Shown here: one piece after another, positions 59,613 to 64,000 of the stretch
Position numbering within the stretch: position 1 is the first letter of the stretch
How the letters are laid out: every line of letters starts with the position of its first letter
DNA from: an uncultured virus (IMG/VR IMGVR_UViG_3300036802_000312)
Taxonomy: Duplodnaviria > Heunggongvirae > Uroviricota > Caudoviricetes
Length of the DNA stretch: 64,000 nucleotides
Virus record (IMG/VR): IMGVR_UViG_3300036802_000312
Reading direction: 5' to 3' (one strand)
The notes under the pieces: generated by a model
What the model was told of the DNA's origin: nothing
Seen by the model: the letters and a program-made list of their open reading frames with translations, nothing else
The model's database searches: none
Translations under genes and position numbers: made by a program

Positions 59613-61310
59613 TTAACGCTTAAGCGTTTGATTAAATATCTTCTCAACCGTTACGATAGTTTCTTTTGTATCAACAAAATTTAATTTTACTATGTCACCC
59701 TCTCGGATGAAGGTTGCATAGGTTGCTTCTTTTGGGTTTACATTGAAGACATTCTCGCTATTATCTAATAGGATTTGAACAACGCTGGTCTCTCCAATTT
59801 GTATCGATCCTACACGAAGGACTTTTCCAGTCACCTCTTTCAATTCCGAATCGTCAGTAGGATTAGCCCCTTCTCCTTTTCCTTCTGTAGCCAGTTTAAA
59901 CTTATACATGTTCAGAGACTCTTGTTTAGACTCTCCCGTTGCTACAATCTGCGGATTATGAGCATTGACCAAAGCAATTGCTCGAAGCAATCCACTCGCA
60001 TCAATAACAGGTATATACCAAGTGTCATGTCCGTAGATGTTGTAAAGTACAGGATTTGTCCCTGTCCACAATTCTTTTTTAAATGAGTCATGAACAGCAT
60101 TCAAAGCTGCTTTACCATTTGAGAATCCATTAGACCCCTTATAGAAAATGAACTTTCCTGTGCGACCATCCATCAATGTATATCCCTTTAAGGAATTCGT
60201 TCCTGGTGAAGAGTGATCCGTAAACCAATACATCCGCTGGTCAGGTCCAAAAACTCCAATAACCTCTTCACCTGTGTTCCATTCATGAACGGTACTGATA
60301 TCTGTTTTTCCAACAACGGTATTCCACCAGCCATGTTTGTACTTAGCAACCCACTCATTATATGAAGAGGCTAAATTCGGAGGGACGACAAAATCAACGT
60401 ACTCAGGAATATCTTTTAAATCATAGTATTTCATCAACCCCGTTTCAGGATCTACAATGACGATTCCATCAATTTTTGTAGCTGATCGATATTTTTCATA
60501 ATGACCAAGAGCAATTACATAAAAAGGTTTTCCACTGTCATCTGGTTCAAACCCACCGCCAATTATAACTTTACTCGGAAAATCTCTTCGAACAATGCGA
60601 TCCAAGTTTTTTCCAAAATAGGCTGATGGGACATATTTCATTTGATAATCATCTAACAAAACACCAATATCATCTTTGCGTTCAGCCGACACCTTAATAT
60701 AACCAGGGACGCTATCGGCTTTTTTACTTTCAAAAAAACCTCGATACTCAATAGGTGCTACCCAAACTTCCTCACCATTTACTTTTTGGCGAGTAAGATC
60801 ACCTAATTCATAGTAAGATGAGTTAGTCAGTTGACCAATTAACTTTTCTGCCTTATAACGAGCGGATTCAATCGGCACCGTTGGAATGTGATTGATATCT
60901 GTTGCTTGTATCTTTTCTTGTTTTTCTTCCACTTGAACAACATCGTACAACTTTCCTTTAATGGTTAATGGATAAATAATAGACATGATTAACCAAACAA
61001 TCATTACGACGATCCCAAGACCCGAAGTTATATTGAGTATTGTCGAATTTGGTTTTTTTTCTAATCCACTAATAACATTAGAATCCAGGAAAAGTATAAT
61101 TAAATACGGGATTACTATATTCGCAAATACCGCTGACAAACTCTGATCTTTTAAACTAAGATATCCAATAAAATAAGCTCCAATTAACGACATAATAATT
61201 TTTGCGACTTGCCAGCCAAGAATACTTGAACAATTTTTCCCTTTGAGATGCCAAAGTGTAGGCGTTAACAACAAACTAATTACAACCAATATTCCGAACC
61301 AAAACCACAT
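59613..61310 (-). CDS. membrane protein (4 TM) with a large soluble domain
   Basis: WVAPIEYRGF, VPGYIKVSA, KYVPSAYF; SD AAGGGGG. Confidence 0.85.
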   Translation of the reverse strand: MWFWFGILVVISLLLTPTLWHLKGKNCSSILGWQVAKIIMSLIGAYFIGYLSLKDQSLSAVFANIVIPYLIILFLDSNVISGLEKKPNSTILNITSGLGIVVMIVWLIMSIIYPLTIKGKLYDVVQVEEKQEKIQATDINHIPTVPIESARYKAEKLIGQLTNSSYYELGDLTRQKVNGEEVWVAPIEYRGFFESKKADSVPGYIKVSAERKDDIGVLLDDYQMKYVPSAYFGKNLDRIVRRDFPSKVIIGGGFEPDDSGKPFYVIALGHYEKYRSATKIDGIVIVDPETGLMKYYDLKDIPEYVDFVVPPNLASSYNEWVAKYKHGWWNTVVGKTDISTVHEWNTGEEVIGVFGPDQRMYWFTDHSSPGTNSLKGYTLMDGRTGKFIFYKGSNGFSNGKAALNAVHDSFKKELWTGTNPVLYNIYGHDTWYIPVIDASGLLRAIALVNAHNPQIVATGESKQESLNMYKFKLATEGKGEGANPTDDSELKEVTGKVLRVGSIQIGETSVVQILLDNSENVFNVNPKEATYATFIREGDIVKLNFVDTKETIVTVEKIFNQTLKR

Positions 61311-61743
61311 AGAAATAAATCCCCCTTTTTGATATAGACGTTATATGTATTATAGTTAATATTACAGTCATCATTGTTTTTAGTCAACGTTTGATTCTTT
61401 TTCATTTTTTCAAGCTTTGGTGATAATTTCAGGGTTGTTTGTTGAAAATCCCTCTTAGTCTTTCAACGTTTTTTTCATTGATGAATACGAATTCTTCTAT
61501 CGCTTAGTGGATCGAAGTTTGAAAGGTTGTATTAATAGCGGCATAGCAAGAGGTGTCCACTATCTAATGAAGAGTCAATCTTCTTCCAAAAAAGAATACA
61601 GAGGTATATGAAAGATTTTTCAAGTAGACGGGCGTAAGTAAGCATCTTTCCTTCGTATCTTTGTCTGTAAATGCAAAAAAAGACCGCAATCTCTGCGGTC
61701 TTCTTCTTGTTCCTGCGAGTCATACGTTCACCCTTCAAAAACT

Positions 61744-62148
61744 TTAATATTCAGTAAAAATCATTAAACCAGCTATCATTACGTCATAATGACCAATTGA
61801 AATAGGCGGAATCATTGCCAAACCAATGCATTCACGTTGAACTCCATTGAAAGATACAGAACTGATCCCATTTGTAATGAAGTCATTAGATTCAAGCAAT
61901 TGAAGTAGTTCATTTTTATCGATTTTGATGGTATCAATTTCCGCAGGGCAATCTCCATATGAAGAAAGCATAATTTGAATTGAACTTCGATCCAAAGATG
62001 TTATCCGATTCTTAATATCAGATAATGATTTATCTTTTGATAGTTCTACATCTTGTTTTTGACCAGTGAGTTCGTCGCATGAAAAACACTCTTCTCCATC
62101 ACAATATGTTTTACAAATTGAACAGATAAGTATATTTACTATAGACAT
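61744..62148 (-). CDS. hypothetical protein (Cys-rich N-terminus)
   Basis: ORF. Confidence 0.6.
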   Translation of the reverse strand: MSIVNILICSICKTYCDGEECFSCDELTGQKQDVELSKDKSLSDIKNRITSLDRSSIQIMLSSYGDCPAEIDTIKIDKNELLQLLESNDFITNGISSVSFNGVQRECIGLAMIPPISIGHYDVMIAGLMIFTEY

Positions 62149-62185
62149 AGATTCACAACTTTTTATCTATACTTAACTGGTTAAT

Positions 62186-63079
62186 TCAAATGGAGTTAGA
62201 CAATAGCTTCCCAACTTCTCGAAACGTGTCAGAAATGGAATCGTTTATAACCATCTGAAAACAACTATCAAGTTTCGTGGATTCTTGGTTTATAAGTACA
62301 CTTTTCTTATAAGACGGGAAAAACATGGGGATTTCATTGATAGGAGCAACCTCAAGGGAAGTACCCAGGACAAGGAATAGATCCGATTGTGATGCACTTC
62401 GCTTTGCCTCTTGAAAATATCGAATGGAATCTTGAAATAAAACTACGTCTGGTTTTAAGATGTGATTGCATCTAACTTCCCGCTTCTTTTTCCCTTTACA
62501 TCGAATAGCTTCTTTTGTAATTCCGCGCAAATCATAACGAGTACCACATTCCGTACAATCAACATAATTGAAGGGGTGATTCGAGATTGGAATATAGTGA
62601 TTACAAACATTCTCTTTGATTTCAATTTTTCGACAAGTCGGAATCTCGTGTTTGCGAATATAGTCCAAATCATAATCTTCGCCACAATTTGTACAATAGG
62701 CAACTTTCATACTGCCATGTACCTCATAGACTTTCGAACTTCCTGCCATCTGATGTAACCCGTCTACATTTTGCGTAAAAATGGTTATGTCTTTGCCTTG
62801 TGATTCAAGGTTGGCTAAAAATTGATGTCCAAAGTTCGGCTCATAATCCCCTGCTAATTTAATTCTGAAAATATTTTTGAATGCAATCCAAAACTTTTCT
62901 TTATGCCGGTTAAAATACGATAAAGACATTATTTGTTGCCTGGACAAATTGTACGTCCAGATACCAGTTAATGACCGAAAATCGGGAATCGATGAATCTG
63001 TGCTTATCCCTGCACCTGTCAATACAGTTATCTTGTTAGCTTCTTGTATCCATTTCGCAAGGAGTTGATGATTGTCCAT
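62186..63079 (-). CDS. Sir2-family NAD-dependent deacylase with extended Zn-binding insert
   Basis: TGAGIS..S.IPDFRS, TQNVDGLH, EVHGS, KPDVVLF, GTSL.V.P. Confidence 0.93.
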   Translation of the reverse strand: MDNHQLLAKWIQEANKITVLTGAGISTDSSIPDFRSLTGIWTYNLSRQQIMSLSYFNRHKEKFWIAFKNIFRIKLAGDYEPNFGHQFLANLESQGKDITIFTQNVDGLHQMAGSSKVYEVHGSMKVAYCTNCGEDYDLDYIRKHEIPTCRKIEIKENVCNHYIPISNHPFNYVDCTECGTRYDLRGITKEAIRCKGKKKREVRCNHILKPDVVLFQDSIRYFQEAKRSASQSDLFLVLGTSLEVAPINEIPMFFPSYKKSVLINQESTKLDSCFQMVINDSISDTFREVGKLLSNSI

Positions 63080-63110
63080 ATACGCCTCGCCTCCTCTCTA
63101 TTCTGATTTA

Positions 63111-63395
63111 TTATAAAAGTACAAATCCTTGAACGTGACACCACTTCACAAGAAATTGACGCTTTACTAATTGATCGTAAAATTCCCAAACGAAATTTTT
63201 AGACTGTTTTTCAGCTTCGTCTCCACGTAAAATGGCATTTACGCCCCAATGCGCAACCGCTCGAACTTCAAGATTCGTATAAAATCCAATTCCTCGGTGG
63301 TTAACAAACGCTCGAATTTGATCCCCAGGTTGAAGGATCTTAGTAAACCGTTTCTCATTTCTACATTCCATAGACACCGAACGTATTTTTATCAT
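63111..63395 (-). CDS. hypothetical protein
   Basis: SD AAGGGG. Confidence 0.6.
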   Translation of the reverse strand: MIKIRSVSMECRNEKRFTKILQPGDQIRAFVNHRGIGFYTNLEVRAVAHWGVNAILRGDEAEKQSKNFVWEFYDQLVKRQFLVKWCHVQGFVLL

Positions 63396-63414
63396 TAATA
63401 CTGATTCCCCTTTT

Positions 63415-63723
63415 CTATTTAGACATCTTATAACGGTTCGAGTCGAACCATTTTCCAAAAATCATAAATGGAAATAAGGGAGTAAGGAAAAAAGCAAGAA
63501 TTAACCCTGTAAATTTCAAGAACATTGTAAACACATTTTCATTACTGTGACCAAAAAACGGCTCCGCTCTAAAAACAATAAACCCTACATAGAGAAAATG
63601 GAATAAAAATGACAAACCTACAATAATCATTAATTTATATTTAGGGTTGATACAAACACCACCTTTTAATTCAGATAAGCTCCCAATACTCTTTTGATTT
63701 ACGCAGAATCTTGTATTTAGCAC
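63415..63723 (-). CDS. small membrane protein
   Basis: two TM segments; start uncertain. Confidence 0.55.
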   Translation of the reverse strand: MLNTRFCVNQKSIGSLSELKGGVCINPKYKLMIIVGLSFLFHFLYVGFIVFRAEPFFGHSNENVFTMFLKFTGLILAFFLTPLFPFMIFGKWFDSNRYKMSK

Positions 63724-64000
63724 AAAATTCTTGAGAATTAACGGTAATGATAAAATCTGACATTAACCGATGTAAACTTATATCTTCAGCCATTGAACCT
63801 CTTTCATACCCACACAAACATAACCAACATCTTTCAATGATTTCAATACATCATCTCCTTCGCAGAAGAACGTAAGTTTCTCTACTTATTGTTTTCAATA
63901 ACGTCAAGGATTTCATTGGTATAACAAATAAATGCATTTGCAAAATCCGCCTCTTCTTGTGTAATTGTTGCAGCATCATCATGTTGTTTTTCTTTAATAC

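Noticed and set aside
13065..63068. Numerous short antisense or out-of-frame ORFs overlapping longer genes
   Set aside because: Shadow ORFs with no SD or recognisable motifs.
1..64000. CRISPR arrays, rRNA, IS transposases, phage structural genes, rep/par genes
   Set aside because: None seen. Plasmid versus prophage identity therefore cannot be settled from this window.

Overview
AT-rich (Bacillales/Paenibacillus-like) accessory replicon sequence, probably a megaplasmid or a very large prophage. 374-8306 is a single-strand array of about 61 tRNA and tRNA-like genes covering all 20 amino acids. It is interrupted by three CDSs (Toprim/RNase M5-like, RNase H-like, ATP-grasp). The most striking feature is seven Shine-Dalgarno-led mini-ORFs (14-19 aa) inside the array. 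Each sits directly in front of a tRNA-Lys(UUU), -Glu(UUC) or -Gln(UUG) gene, is enriched in codons for that same amino acid at conserved positions, and stops inside or just before the tRNA. This looks like a translation-coupled tRNA sensor/attenuator, but the mechanism is my inference. The array also has several non-canonical tRNA-like RNAs. The rest is cargo: a SpoIISA-type toxin with two small candidate antitoxins, DUF4317, SDR, NucA/B nuclease, ssb, an orphan DegS-like kinase, an asparagine-synthase-like gene, a WGR-PARP, a solo DndC-like PAPS-reductase protein, Sir2, YopX and many phage-type hypotheticals. Coding switches from + to - at about 33.4-36.5 kb, where a Xer-type recombinase and dif-like 11-6-11 sites lie, suggesting the replicon terminus. 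All calls are by eye, with no database searches.
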